Shown here: in pieces, positions 24,301 through 38,651 of the stretch
How positions within the stretch are numbered: the first letter of the stretch is position 1
Layout of the letters: each line of letters opens with the position of its first letter
DNA from: Eledone cirrhosa
Lineage: Eukaryota
Assembly: GCA_964016885.1 (NCBI GenBank)
Contig: OZ024759.1
Span: 14,136,001 to 14,200,000, forward strand
Length of the DNA: 64,000 nucleotides
Direction of reading: 5' to 3'
Translations under genes and position numbers: made by a program
The notes under the pieces: model-generated
The model's input: the letters and a program-made list of their open reading frames with translations, nothing else
What the model was told of the DNA's origin: nothing
Database searches by the model: none

Positions 24301-25029
24301 TTTTACCATACCAGATTATTTTAGCCTCTCAGCAACTATACAGGATGGCCCAACTGCCTTCTCTACCTTCATCTCATTAATTGATTTATCTATTACAAGG
24401 CTGACAACTTTTATGACTGGCCCCTCAGTTGGGTTTACATGAGGTCGGCACTCACTGTCCCATTTATTTTCCACGCTCAGCAGCCTCTTATACTGAGTCT
24501 GCCATGCCTGTTTTGAGCAACCTACAGGGCAAGTGTTTAACTATCATTTCGGATACACTTTTTCCACACCACATCATGACTTTCTCTAGCACACTGTTTC
24601 AGAATCTGGAACAATATACACTCACGGTACACACTGTAAAATGGTTGGTGATTGGAAAGATATCCAGCCATAGAAATATTTCCAAATATAGGGTTGGAAG
24701 ATTCTTCTGTTGTGTCAAGGACATGACAGGCTCCCTAGTGTTGGTGACCTACACGAAAAACACACTCAGTACACCCTGTATAGGAAGGGCATCAAACCGT
24801 AGAAAGCTTGCTAAAGAAAAGGTTGTGAGGACCTTTCATTTATGTGAAACATGAAACCTCTCCTGTTCACTCAATAGAACATAAGACCATACATAAGTGA
24901 GAAGCAGAACCCCTGGCCCGCCAAGGAGATTAGTATACACACTTCAGTACTGACTTGGTCTATGTAGATCCGTCCAACCCTTGCTAGCAGGGAAAGTGGA
25001 ATTTAAACTGTGATGATGAAGATGGTGAT
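21380..25029 (+). mobile_element. Dead rearranged RTE LINE, unit 3 (S-L)
   Basis: APE block restarts near 21679 and 22632. ORF 24059-24247(-) has MQFRFM..LYLAFVDLKTAFD, the RT motif A region. Confidence 0.85.
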
Positions 25030-25604
25030 ATATATAGGGCAGCTTTCCACATTAACCGTCTATAAAATTCCACTGATAACTTATTTATATTTACGTGTAT
25101 ATATCCGTGTGTGTAAATGCATGTATTTGTTTCTCTGTGTATATATATAAAGATATATTTATGGATACATATATGTAATTTTTTAAATAATGTTTTCTTT
25201 TATTGTTTAATGTTTCCATTTGCTTCATTTCAAATATATTTTAGATTGGTGTCCCAATGTATATCAATTCTGTTTTGTTTATCTGTTACGTGCCTCACCA
25301 TTTCGTGAGTAAATGTCGTTGGCTGCTATTTCTAGCATGTCAGTCAACTACCTTCCCACCCATAATTTTAGCGCGAATTTTGAGTCTCCCTGTTTATGAC
25401 GTTTACATAATTATCAAATAACTGTCCCCCTCAAAATGTTAAGGCTAACGAGGCCCCTGTATATGTATAATATAAAATTATTTGAATTAAAATTATAGAA
25501 AATAGATTAATATTGGGAAAATGCTTGGAAATAATTTAGCGTGAATTAAATAGTTGTTTTATCAACAACGTACGAAGCTGAAATTTCGGCTTTTGATGAG
25601 CTGA

Positions 25605-25645
<41 letters not shown>

Positions 25646-25678
25646 TATAATGAAAGTTATCAAGCACAGAAATGCTAT

Positions 25679-25861
25679 AAAGATAGCTTATAAGATAGGG
25701 TGTAGACCCTTAAAAGACGGAAAAAGAAGTTGCCAACGATCGGCATGAGGAATTGAACCTGATATCTCCGGTATCTGAAATATATGGGGTTCAATTTTTA
25801 TCATAGCGGCTGATGGCAACTTCTTTTTCAGGGTCTTCACCCTATTTTCTAAGCTATCTTT
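25679..25861. other. Fold-back hairpin, unit 4
   Basis: Same inverted arms as 8787-8969. Confidence 0.85.
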
Positions 25862-26533
25862 TCTAAACATCAATTCTACGATACTTTTTATCATCTCCAT
25901 ACTGAGAAACTAAAGCTCCATCCCTAACCTAGGTCCCTAACACACAAATATATATATATATATAGGGATTGGTATATTAACAATACGTGTTATAATATAT
26001 ACGACATATATTATTTGTGTGTATATATATAACTTTCGTAAATCAATGAAATAATTAATTGTAATTTAATCCTCGTTATTTCATCGTTGATATCTGTTTC
26101 TCGCCTTCTCTTTCACTCTTTTTCTCTCACTCTATATCTCTCTATCTGTCCCCCTCTCTAATTAGTTTAGCTGATTATCTCCCCTTGACTATACTTTTTC
26201 TCGCTCAGCGAAATTGCGTGTGTGCATGTCTGTATGTTTTTATAGTTTACTGGTTTCAGTCGTTTGACTGCGGTCATGCTGGGGCATAGGCTTGGTTTAG
26301 CTCATCATACTTACCTTAGTATCTATTTATGGGGCTTATGTTATCGATAGCGTTTCTATATATATGGAGAGAGAGAGAGATATTACGCTATTTTCTCATA
26401 CTTGGTGTAACAAATATCTATATACAATAACTCAATTTGCGTGGTCCTACCTAGTACGGATATTCTTCACCGAATTTATTACGGTCGTGGGTCCCTAAAG
26501 CCCAGGAAAATAGAATGACTGTCATGCAGCCCT

Positions 26534-29500
26534 CCCCATACCTCCTCGCTTCATCAAGCGAGGAATCTCATGTTTTATATTATAAATGCCGGAAAAATAA
26601 AAGACAAGTGTTGTGAGATGGTGGAGATGTTAGAGAGGTGACAACAAGATGTGTGCCATGAGGAAGAAATTAGGTGTTGGGCCACTTCAGCCAGATTCGT
26701 TATAGGCAATATACACCAGTACAAATTATTCTGGGTGTGTAGCAGTAAAGAATGGGTGGGATAAGTATACTCCTATCTGAAAAATGAGTAGACCAGGTAA
26801 TTGAGGTAGTCAGGATATGTGATAGAAGAATTAAACATAGACTAGTCTGGGTAATACAACAGCCACCTATACTACCTGTATATAATCCACAGGCTAGACC
26901 AGCAGAAAGACCACTTCTATGAGGTCCTCTTGCAAGCTACATCAACAACAAATGACAGTGATTTCATTCTCACACCTGGCGATTTCAATGGACATGTGAA
27001 ACAGCAAGATGGATTTCATGTTGTATATAGAAGCTAGGTTTAAAGTACAAGAAATGGGGAGGGGTCCAGACTTCTGGAGTTCAGTGATTCTCGTGATCTA
27101 ACCATCTGGAACATAAACCTCAAGGAAGTAGTCAGCTACTTGGTCAGTTACTAATCAGGTGGACACATAAACCAAATAGACTTCATTCTGATCAGGAAAT
27201 GAGACAGGCAAATGGTTGTAAATGCCAAGTCCTTTCCTGGGGAAGAATCTACCTTCCACCATAGATTGGGTGTCAGTGACATTTGAGTAAGAGCTAGGTG
27301 GACCAAGAGACAAATGCCAGTCTGGAGAAGGAAGACCTTGAAACATTGAAACTGAGAGAATCTTCTCTAGGTAACAAATTTAGAGAAATCCATCTTGAGG
27401 CCTATGACTGTAAGGAAGAAGAATTAGAGATACACAACATAGAAAAATATTGGTAACTTCTACATGACATCCGGCTGGTAGCTATAAGCTAGGTTCGACC
27501 AGGAGAGAGGGTGATGTTGTGGTGAAAGGATAACGAAGAAAAAGCAATTACATTATTTTAGCCTCTCAGCAACTATACAGGATGGTCCAGCTGCCTTCTC
27601 TACCTACATCTCATTAATTGCTTTATCTATTACTATGCTGACAACTTTTATGACTGTGCCCTCAGGTGGATTTACAGGCAACAAATTTAGAGAAATATTT
27701 CTTGAGGCCTGTGACTGTAAGGCCGAAGAATTAAGGATATAAAACATACAGAAAAATTGCGAAACTCTACGTCACCCTGCTGGTAGCTATAAGCCTGTGG
27801 TTGAAACAATGTTCGACCAAGACAGAGGGTGATGTTGTCGTGGAAGGATAAGGAAGAAAGACCCATTAGAAGAACAATATCGGCCTGGAGATAATGGAGG
27901 AGACAGCAAGTAATACCAGGCAACTAAAAGAGAGGCCAGGTACCAAGTATATATAACAAGGGGAGAGGCAGAAAAGTAGAAAATTTGCAAATGTTTTCTG
28001 CAATCAAATCCCATGTTTTACTGCTGTGTAGTATTGTAGTTCATACACAGGCATTATACAGTCTCCTCATCTCTGTGGGAGAAAAGCCCTCTGTTATCAG
28101 CAGTGTTAATAGCTCTATAAACATCTCCTATCCTGTTCTTAGCCAATGTATCCCACTTTTAGCACCTCCTCCCCCACTGTAAATTTGATGGCCTAGGTAA
28201 GAAAAGCCCTTGTAAACCATTGATGTCCACCTAGCTCCTTGTGCCTACCAGATTATAGGGCCTGAAATTGAGTCAAAGGCTGTCTTTAGATCTACAAAAG
28301 CTAGATATAATGGCTTAATCTTAGCTAAGTTCTTCTGTAATTGTATCAGATGAACATTGGCATCACCCCTATCTGTCATAAATCGAAACTGCATTATATC
28401 TAACTTGAATCTGTGCTTAATTAGTTGGACCAGTCATTGGGTATGACACCATCCTGTACTACTTGATTAACTATACGTGTGACTAACTCATATTTTACCA
28501 TACCAGATTATTTTAGCCTCTCAGCAACTATACAGGATGGTCCAGCTGCCTTCTCTACCTTCATCTCATTAATTGATTTATCTATTACAATGCTGACAAC
28601 TTTTATGACTGGCTCCTCATTTGGGTTTACATGGGGTCAGCCCTCACTGTCCCATTTATTTTCCACGCTCAGCAGCCTCTTATACTGAGTCTGCCATGCC
28701 TATTTTGAGCAACCTACAGGGCCAGTGTTTAACTATCATTTCGGATACACTTTTTAAACATAGACTAGTCTGGGTAATACAACACCTATACTACCTGTAT
28801 ATAATCCACAGGCTAGACATAGAGACCAGCAGAAAGACCACTTCTATGAGGTCCTCTTGCAAGCTACATCAACAACAAATGACAGTGATTTCATTCTCAC
28901 AGCTGGCGACTTCAATGGACATGTGAAACAGCAAGATGGATTTCATGTTGTATATAGAAGCTAGGCTTCAGTACAAGAAATTGGGAGGGGTCCAGACTTC
29001 TGGTATTCAGTGATTCTCTTGATCTAACCATCTGGAACATAAACCTCAAGGAAGTAGTCAGCTACTTGGTCAGTTACTAATCAGGTGGACACATAAACCA
29101 AATAGACTTCATTCTGATCAGGAAATGAGACAGGCAAATGGTTGTAAATGCCAAGTCCTTTCCTGGGGAAGAATGTACCTTCCACCATAGATTGGGTGAC
29201 AGTGACATTTGTGTAAGAGCTAGGTGGACCAAGAGACAAATGCCAGTCTGGAGAAGGAAGACCTTGAAACATTGAAACTGAGAGAATCTTCTCTAGGTAA
29301 CAAATTTAGAGAAATCCCTCTTGAGGCCTATGACTGTAAGGAAGAAGAATTAGAGATATATTACATAGAGAAATATTGGTAAATTCTACATGACACTCTG
29401 CTGTTAGCTATAAGCTAGGTTCGACCAGGAGAGAGGGTGATGTTGTGGTGGAAGGATAAGGAAGAAAAAGCAATTACATTATTTTAGCCTCTCAGCAACT

Positions 29501-31092
29501 ATACAGGATGGCCCAGCTGCCTTCTCTACCTCCATCCCATTAATTGCTTTATCTATTACTATGCTGACAACTTTTATGACTGTCCCCTCAGGTGGATTTA
29601 CAGGCAACAAATTTAGAGAAATATTTCTTGAGGCCTATGACTGTAAGGCCGAAGAATTAAGGATATATAACATACAGAAAAATTGGGAAACTCTACGTCA
29701 CCCTGCCGGTAGCTATAAGCCTGTGGTTGAAACAAGGTTCGACCAAGACAGAGGGTGCTGTTGTGGTGGAAGGATAAGGAAGAAAGACCCATTAGAAGAA
29801 CAATATCAGCCTGGAGATAATGGAGGAATGGAGGAGACAGCAAGTAATACGAGGCAACTAAAAGAGAGGCCAGGTACCAAGTATATATAACAAGGGGAGA
29901 GGCAGAAAAGTAAAAATTTGCAAATGTTTTCTGGAGTCAAATCCCATGTTTTTCTGCTGTGTAGTATTGTAGTTCATACACAGGCATTATACAGTCTCCT
30001 CATCTCTGTGGGAGGAAAGCCCTTTGTTATCAGCAGTGTTAATAGCTCTATAAACATCTCCTATCCTGTTCTTAGCCAATGTATCCCACTTTTAGCACCT
30101 CGTCCCCCACTGGAAATTTGATGGCCTTGGTAAGAAAAGCCCTTGTAAGCCATTGATCTACACCTAGCTCCTTGTGCCTACTAGATTATAGGGCCTGAAA
30201 TTGAGTCAAAGGCTGTCTTTAGATCTACAAAAGCTAGATATAGTGGCTTAATCTTAGCTAAGTTCTTCTGTAATTGTATCAGATGAACATTGGCATCACC
30301 CCTATCTGTCATCAATCGAAACTGCATTATATCTAACTTGAATCTGTCCTTAATTAGTTGGACCTATCATTGGGTATGATTATTTTAGTCTCTCAGCAAC
30401 TATACAGCATGGTCCAGCTGCCTTCTCTACCTTCATCTCATTAATTGATTTATCTATTACAAGGCTGACAACTTTTATGACTGGCCCCTCAGTTGGGTTT
30501 ACATGGGGTCGACCCTCACTTTCCATTTATTTTCCATGCTCAGCAGCCTCTTATACTGAGTCTGCCATGCCTGTTTTGAGCAACCTACAGGGCAAGTGTC
30601 TAACTATCATTTCGGATACACTTTTTCCATACCACATCATGACTTTCTCTAGCACACTGTTTCAGAAACTGGAACAATATACACTCACAGTACACACTGT
30701 AAAATGGTTGGTGATTGGAAAGATATCCAGCCATAGAAATATTTCCAAATATAGGGTTGGAAGATTCTTCTGTTGTGTCAAGGACATGACAGGCTCCCTA
30801 GTTTTGGTGACCTACACGATAAACACACTCAGTACACCCTGTATAGGAAGGGCATCAAACCGTAGAAAGCTTGCTAAAGAAAAGGTTGTGAGGACCTTTC
30901 ATTTATGTGAAACATGAAACCTCTCCTGTTCACTCAATAGAACATAAGACCATACATAAGTGAGAAGCAGAACCCCTGGCCCGCCAAGGAGATTAGTATA
31001 CACACTTCAGTACTGACTTGGTCTATGTAGATCCGTCCAACCCTTGCTAGCAGGGAAAGTGGAATTTAAACTGTGATGATGAAGATGGTGAT
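26534..31092 (+). mobile_element. Dead rearranged RTE LINE, unit 4 (L-L)
   Basis: APE block restarts near 26832 and 28756. The first sub-repeat lacks the gagacaaa|ggctgtc short-cut junction. Confidence 0.85.
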
Positions 31093-31727
31093 ATATATAG
31101 GGCAGCTTTCCACATTAACCGTCTATAAAATTCCACTGATAACTTATTTATATTTACGTGTATATATCCGTGTGTGTAAATGCATGTATTTGTTTCTCTG
31201 TGTATATATATAAAGATATATTTATGGATACATATATGTAATTTTTTAAATAATGTTTTCTTTTATTGTTTAATGTTTCCATTTGCTTCATTTCAAATAT
31301 ATTTTAGATTGGTGTCCCAATGTATATCAATTCTGTTTTGTTTATCTGTTACGTGCCTCACCATTTCGTGAGTAAATGTCGTTGGCTGCTATTTCTAGCA
31401 TGTCAGTCAACTACCTTCCCACCCATAATTTTAGCGCGAATTTTGAGTCTCCCTGTTTATGATGTTTACATAATTATCAAATAACTGTCCCCCTCAAAAT
31501 GTTAAGGCTAACGAGGCCCCTGTATATGTATAATATAAAATTATTTTAATTAAAATTATAGAAAATCTTTAGATTAATATTGGGAAAATACTTGGAAATA
31601 ATTTAGCGTGAATTAAATAGTTGTTTTATAAACAATGTACGAAGCTGAAATTTCGGCTTTTGATGAGCTGAGGATATATATATATATATATAAGTATAAT
31701 GAAAGTTATCAAGCACAGAAATGCTAT

Positions 31728-31910
31728 AATGATAGCTTATAAGATAGGGTGTAGACCCTTAAAATACGGAAAAAGAAGTTGCCAACGATCGGCATGAGGA
31801 ATTGAACCTGATATCTCCGGTATCTGAAATATATGGGGTTCAATTTTTATCATAGCGGCCGCTGGCAACTTCTTTTTCAGGGTCTTCACCCTATTTTCTA
31901 AGCTATCTTT
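31728..31910. other. Fold-back hairpin, unit 5
   Basis: Same inverted arms as 8787-8969. Confidence 0.85.
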
Positions 31911-31992
31911 TCTAAACATCAATTCTACGATACTTTTTATCATCTCCATACTGAGAAACTAAAGCTCCATCCCTAACCTAGGTCCCTAACAC

Positions 31993-32038
<46 letters not shown>

Positions 32039-33086
32039 ATTGGTATATTAACAATACGTGTTATAATATATACGATATATATTATTTGTGTATATATATA
32101 TAACTTTAGTAAATCAATGAAATAATTCATCGTAATTTAATCTTCGTTATTTCATTGTTGATATCTGTTTCTCGCTTTCTCTTTCACTCTTTTTTTCTCA
32201 CTCTGTATCTCTCTATCTGTCCCCCTCTCTAATTAGTTTAGCTGATTATCTCCCCTTGACTATAATTTTTCTCGCTCAGCGAAATTGCGTGTGTGCATGT
32301 CTGTATGTTTTTATAGTTTACTGGTTTCAGTCGTTTGACTGCGGTCATGCTGGGGCATAGGCTTGGTTTAGCTCATCATACTTACCTTAGTATCTATTTA
32401 TGGGGCTTATGTTATCGATAGCGTTTCTATGTATATGGAGAGAGAGAGATATTACGCTATTTTCTCATACTTGGTGTAACAAATATCTATATACAATAAT
32501 TCAATTTGCGTGGTCTACCTAGTACGGATATTCTTCATCGAATTTATTACGGTCGTGGGTCCCTAAAGCCCAGTAAAATATAATGACTGTCATGCAGCCA
32601 TCCCCTTACCTCCTCGCTTCATCAAGCGAGGAATCTCATGTTTTATATTATAAATGCCGGAAAAATAAAAGACAAGTGTTGTGAGATGGTGGAGATGTTA
32701 GAGAGGTGACAACAAGATGTGTGCTATGAGGAAGAAATTAGGTGTTGGGCCACTTCAGCCAGATTCGTTATAGGCAATGTACACAAGTACAAATTATTCT
32801 GGGTGTGTAGCAGTAAAGAATGGGTGGGATAAGTATACTCCTATCTGAAAAATGAGTAGACCAGGTAATTGAGGTAGTCAGGATATGTGATAGAAGAATT
32901 AAACATAGACTAGTCTGGGTAATACAACAGCCACCTATACTACCTGTATGTAATCCACAGGCTAGACATAGAGACCAGCAGAAAGACCACTTCTATGAGG
33001 TCCTCTTGCAAGCTACATCAACAACAAATGACAGTGATCTCATTGTCAATGGACATGTGAAACAGCAAGATGGATTTCATGTATAT

Positions 33087-34847
33087 AATAATAATAATGA
33101 AATTATTGTGTACAGTGCTCAGGTGCACTACAACTCATGAAAGGTGTATGTATAGTATAGAATAATGTACAAATGTCAGGAAAATGAACAGTGTATGAGT
33201 CATGATATAATAATAATAACAATAATGAAATATTGTGTACAGTGCCCAGGTGCACCACAACTCATCAAAAAAGTGCATGTACAGTACATTGGGCAATGCA
33301 CAAACATCAGTAAAGTGCACGAGTCATGATACACACATGTGTGCATGTGTATGGAAGGGGTACATCAGGTGTAGTTTTGGCGTATTTCGGGAAGCATGAG
33401 TGTCTTAAAGGATGCAGTGTCTCGGCAGCTAACAATTGACGCAGGCAGTTTGTTCCATGCTTCAGCAACTCTGAGCGTGAAAAAATGTCTACGAAAGTCA
33501 TGGGAGCTGTGCTGTTTTCTGATCTTGTAGGCATGTCCACGTGTGTTAGACACATGGAGATCAAAGAGGCGCTCAGGGTTGCAATTGGCAAGATGGTTAA
33601 AAACTTTGTGGGTATTCACCAAGTCCATTGCCAGACGTCGGAGCTTCAATGAATCCATGCCCAGGGAAGCAAGGCGTTCAGAGTATGGTAGGTGTCTGAT
33701 GGAGGGTATGCGCTTGGTTGCACGTCTCTGAATAGTTTCCAGGAGGTCAATGTTCTGAGCAAGATAGGGGTTCCAGACTGATGATGCGAATTCCAAGTGT
33801 GGTCGCACCATAGCTGTATACAGTTTTAAATAGATGGCTGGAGAGCGGCTAACAAAGGTCTTGCTGAGTGATGCCAAGACACCCTCGGCCTTCTTGACAA
33901 TCTTAGAGACATGCTTTGTCCAACGCAAATCGTTGCTGACAGTAATGCCCAGGTCACGTTCACAAGAGGACTTTTTGATATCAGTGTTGTGGAGGGAGTA
34001 TGTGGATGCTGGATTTTTCCTTCCAAAATGCATGGTGGTACACTTGTCCACAGCCAGCTTCAGTTGCCAGTCTGTGATCCATTGCTGCATTGTGTCCAGG
34101 TCTGATTGTAGGAAAGAGTTGTAAATTTCAGGATCAGTCCTTTTGATTTCAAGGTACAGCTTGATGTCATCTGCATATTTTAGTACCGTGGCATTCTGTA
34201 AGTTGGCATCTATGTCATTAATATATGCCACAAACAAAAGAGGACCAAGAACAGATCCCTGTGGTACACCAGATGACATCTCATATGGTGAAGAATGCTG
34301 TCCTAGAACCGTGACTACTTCTTTTCGGCTTAGAATGAAGGATTTCAACCAGTCGAAAAGATCATCCCTCACACCCATCGCAGAGAGTTTTGCCATAAGT
34401 CTTTTGTGTGGCATAGAATTAAAAGCCTTAGCAAAGTCAAGGTAAACAACATCCACCCATGAGCCGCTGTCAGTGATCCGGGTGATGTCCTCAAGGAACT
34501 CGATAAGCTGATCACAGCAGCTGGAGTTAGGGATAAATCCAAACTGTGAGGGCCGGATGAGGCTGTGAGAGCTCCAGAAGTTCCAAAGTGTTTCTCTGAC
34601 ACAGGATTCCATCAGTTTGGCCATACAGCTAGTAAGACTGACTGTACGATAGTTGACAGGTGACATGCGGTTGCCCTTTTTGAACAGGGGAATGACACTG
34701 GCAGTTTTCCACTGCTCCGGAGTAGCACCATTGTTGAGACAGTATTGAAAGAAGAAAGAAAGCTGGCGCAAAAGGAAATACCCGCCACGTTTGAGAAGCA
34801 GGTATGTCACACCATCAAGACCAGGGGAGGCATAGTTGCGCTTATTC
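33087..34847 (-). mobile_element. Young 5'-truncated CR1-group (CR1/L2-like) non-LTR retrotransposon insertion
   Basis: Single-copy and more GC-rich than its surroundings. It has an uninterrupted RT frame and a 3' UTR ending in a (TTA)n tail (aataataat on +). The other units show the empty site. Confidence 0.92.
33365..34846 (-). CDS. LINE ORF2 C-terminal part: reverse transcriptase domain (5'-truncated, no true start)
   Basis: Motifs SPGLDG, IPLFKKG..NYRTVSLTS, QFGF, YLDFAKAF, GVPQGSVLGPLLF, YADD (34166-34177), RDLGI, and the CR1-type tail RPHLEF..VW.P..IQRRATK.IP..YSERL. The frame extends 12 codons upstream of the listed GTG to the junction. Confidence 0.93.
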   Translation of the reverse strand, partial: NKRNYASPGLDGVTYLLLKRGGYFLLRQLSFFFQYCLNNGATPEQWKTASVIPLFKKGNRMSPVNYRTVSLTSCMAKLMESCVRETLWNFWSSHSLIRPSQFGFIPNSSCCDQLIEFLEDITRITDSGSWVDVVYLDFAKAFNSMPHKRLMAKLSAMGVRDDLFDWLKSFILSRKEVVTVLGQHSSPYEMSSGVPQGSVLGPLLFVAYINDIDANLQNATVLKYADDIKLYLEIKRTDPEIYNSFLQSDLDTMQQWITDWQLKLAVDKCTTMHFGRKNPASTYSLHNTDIKKSSCERDLGITVSNDLRWTKHVSKIVKKAEGVLASLSKTFVSRSPAIYLKLYTAMVRPHLEFASSVWNPYLAQNIDLLETIQRRATKRIPSIRHLPYSERLASLGMDSLKLRRLAMDLVNTHKVFNHLANCNPERLFDLHVSNTRGHAYKIRKQHSSHDFRRHFFTLRVAEAWNKLPASIVSCRDTASFKTLMLPEIRQNYT

Positions 34848-37800
34848 TACATATAGAAGCTAGGTTTATAGTATAAGAAATGGGGAGGGGTCCAGACTTC
34901 TGGAGTTCAGTGATTCTCTTGATCTAACCATCTGGAACATAAACCTCAAGGAAGTAATCAGCTACTTGGTCAGATACTAATCAGGTGGTCACATAAACCA
35001 AATAGACTTCATTCTGATCAGGAAATGAGACAGGCAAATGGTTGTAAATGCCAAGTCCTTTCCTGGGGAAGAATGTACCTTCCACCCTAGATTGGGTGTC
35101 AGTGACATTTGAGTAAGAGCTAGGTGGACCAAGAGACAAAGGCTGTCTTTAGATTTACAAAAGCTAGATATAGTGGCTTAATCTTAGCTAAGTTCTTCTG
35201 TAATTCTATCAGATGAACATTGGCATCACCCCTATCTGTCATAAATCAAAACTGCATTATATCTAACTTGAATCTGTCCTTAATTAGTTGGAGCAGTCAT
35301 TGGGTACTACTTGATTAACTATACGTGTGACTAACTCATATTTTACCATACCAGATTATTTTAGCCTCTCAGCAACTATACAGGATGGCCCAGCTGCCTT
35401 CTCTAACTTAATCTCATTAATTGATTTATCTATTACAATGCTGACAACTTTTATGACTGGCTCCTCAGTTGGGTTTACATGGGGTCGGCCCTCACTGTCC
35501 CATTTATTTTCCACGCTCAGCAGCCTCTTATACTGAGTCTGCCATGCCTGTTTTTTGAGCAACCTACAGGGCAAGTGTTTAACTATCGTTTCGGATACAC
35601 TTTTTAAACATAGACTAGTCTGGGTAATTCAACAGCCACCTGTACTACCTGTATATAATCCACAGGCTAGACATAGAGACCATGGAAAGACCACTTCTAT
35701 GAGGTCCTCTTGCAAGCTACATCAACAACAAATGACAGTGATTTCATTCTCACAGCTGGCAATTTCAATGGACATGTGAAACAGCAAGATGGATTTCATG
35801 TTGTATATAGAGGCTAGTCTTACAGTACAAGAAATTGGGAGGGGTCCAGACTTCTGGTGTTCAGAGATTCTCTTGATCTAACTATCTGGAACATAAACTT
35901 CAAGGAAGTAGTCAGCTACTTGGTCAGTTACTAATCAGGTGGACACATAAACTAAATAGACTTCATTCTGATCAGGAAATGAGACAGGCAAATGGTTGAA
36001 AATGCCAAGTCCTTTCCTGGGGAAGAATCTACCTTCCACCATAGATTGGGTGTCAGTGACATTTGAGTAAGAGCTAGGTGGACCAAGAGTCAAATGCCAG
36101 TCTGGAGAAGGAAGACCTTGAAACATTGAAACTGAGAGAATCTTCTCTAGGTAACAAATTTAGAGAAATCCCTCTTGAGGCATATGACTGTAAGGAAGAA
36201 GAATTAAAGATATATAACATAGAGAAATATTGGTAAATTCTACATGACACCCTGCTGGTAGCTATAAGCTAGGTTCGACCAAGAGAGAGGGTGATGTTGT
36301 GGTGAAAGGATAAGGAAGAAAAAGCAATTACATTATTTTAGCCTCTCAGCAATTATACAGGATGGTCCAGCTGCCTTCTCTACCTACATCTCATTAATTG
36401 CTTTATCTATTACTATGCTGACAACTTTTATGACTTTCCCTCAGGTAGATTTACAGGCAACAAATTTAGAGAAATATTTCTTGAGGCTTGTGACTGTAAG
36501 GCCGAAGAATTAAGGATATAAAACATACAAAAAAATCGGGAAACTCTACATCACCCTGCTGGTAGCTATAAGTCTGTGGTTGAAACAAGGTTCGACCAAG
36601 ACAGAGGCTCATGTTGTGGTGTAAGGATAAGGAAGAAAGACCCATTAGAAGAACAATATCAGCCTGGAGATAATGGAGGAATGGAGGAGACAGCAAGTAA
36701 TACCAGGCAACTAAAAGAGAGGCCAGGTACCAAGTATATATAACAAGGGGAGAGGCAGAAGAGTAGAAAATTTGCAAATGTGTTCTGCAATCAAATCCCA
36801 TGTTTTACTGCTGTGTAGTATTGTAGTTCATACACAGGCATTATACAGTCTCCTCATCTCTGTGGGAGAAAAGCCCTTTGTTATCAGCAGTGTTAATAGC
36901 ACTATAAACATCTCCTATCCTGTTCTTAGCCAATGTATCCCACTTTTAGCACCTCCTCTCCCACTGCAAATTTGATGGCCTAGGTAAGAAAAGCCCTTGT
37001 AAACCATTGATCTACACCTAGCTTCTTGTGCCTACCAGATTATAGGGCCTTGAAATTGAGTCAAAGGCTGTCTTTAGATCTACAAAAGCTAGATATAGTG
37101 GCTTAATCTTAGCTAAGTTCTTCTGTAATTGTATCAGATGAACATTGGCATCACCCCTATCTGTCATAAATTGAAACTGCATTATATCTAACTTGAATCT
37201 GTCCTTAATTAGTTGGACCAGTCATTGGGTATGACACCATCCTGTACTACTTGATTAACTATACGTGTGACTAACTCATATTTTACCATACCAGATTATT
37301 TTAGTCTCTCAGCAACTATACAGCATGGTCCAGCTGCCTTCTCTACCTTCATCTCATTAATTGATTTATCTATTACAATGCTGACAACTTTTATGACTGG
37401 CCCCTCAGTTGGGTTTACATGAGGTAGGCCCTCACTGTCCCATCTATTTTGCACGCTCAGCAGCCTCTTATACTGAGTCTGCCATGCCTGTTTTGAGCAA
37501 CCTACAGGGAAAGTGTTTAACTATCATTTCGGATACACTTTTTCCATACCACATCATGACTTTCTCTAGCACACTGTTTCAGAATCTGGAACAATATACA
37601 CTCACAGTACACACTGTAAAATGGTTGGTGATTGGAAAGATATCCAGCCATAGAAATCTTTCCAAATATAGGGTTGGAAGATTCTTCTGTTGTGTCAAGG
37701 AGATGACAGGCTCCCTAGTTTTGGTGACCTACACAATAAACACACTCAGTACACCCTGTATAGGAAGGGCATCAAACCGTAGAAAGCTTACTAAAGAAAA

Positions 37801-38651
37801 GGTTGGGAGGACCTTTCATTTGTGTGGAAGATGAAACCTCTCCTGTGCACTCAATAGAACATAAGACCATACATAAGTGAGAAGCAGAACCCCTGGCCCG
37901 CCAAGGAGATTAGTATACACACTTCAGTACTGACTTGGTCTATGTAGATCCGTCCAACCCTTGCTAGCAGGGAAAGTGGACTTTAAACTGTGATGATGAA
38001 GATGGTGATATATATAGGGCAACTTTCCACATTAACCGTCTATAAAATTCCACTGATAACTTATTTATATTTACGTGTATATATCCGTGTGTGTAAATGC
38101 ATGTATTTGTTTTTCTGTGTATATATATATATATATATATAAAGATATATTTATGGATACATATATGTAATTTTTTAAATAATGTTTTCTTTTATTGTTC
38201 AATGTTTCCTTTTGCTTCATTTCAAATATATTTTAGATTGGTGTCCCAATGTATATCAATTCTGTTTTGTTTATCTGTTACGTGCCTCACCATTTCGTGA
38301 GTAAATGTCGGTGGCTGCTATTTCTAGCATGTCAGTCAACTACCTTCCCAACCATAATTTTAGCGCGATTCTGGATCTTCCTGTTTATGATGTTTACAGA
38401 ATTATCAAATAACTGTCCCCCTCAAAATGTTAAGGCTAACGAGGCCCCTGTATATGTATAATATAAAATTATTTGAATTAAAATTATAGAAAATCTTTAG
38501 ATTAATATTGGGAAAATACTTGGAAATAATTTAGCGTGAATTAAATAGTTGTTTTATAAACAATGTACGAAGCTGAAATTTCGGCTTTTGATGAGCTGAG
38601 GATATATATATATATAAGTATAATGGAAGTTATCAAGCACAGAAATGCTAT

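Larger units (their letters stand above)
32602..38009 (+). mobile_element. Dead rearranged RTE LINE, unit 5 (S interrupted by a CR1-like LINE, then L)
   Basis: The unit sequence ggatttcatg...atatagaagctagg is split at ~33086/34850. Confidence 0.85.

Noticed and set aside
33543-34602. Several ORFs overlapping the CR1-like RT
   Set aside because: Shadow frames of the real RT ORF.
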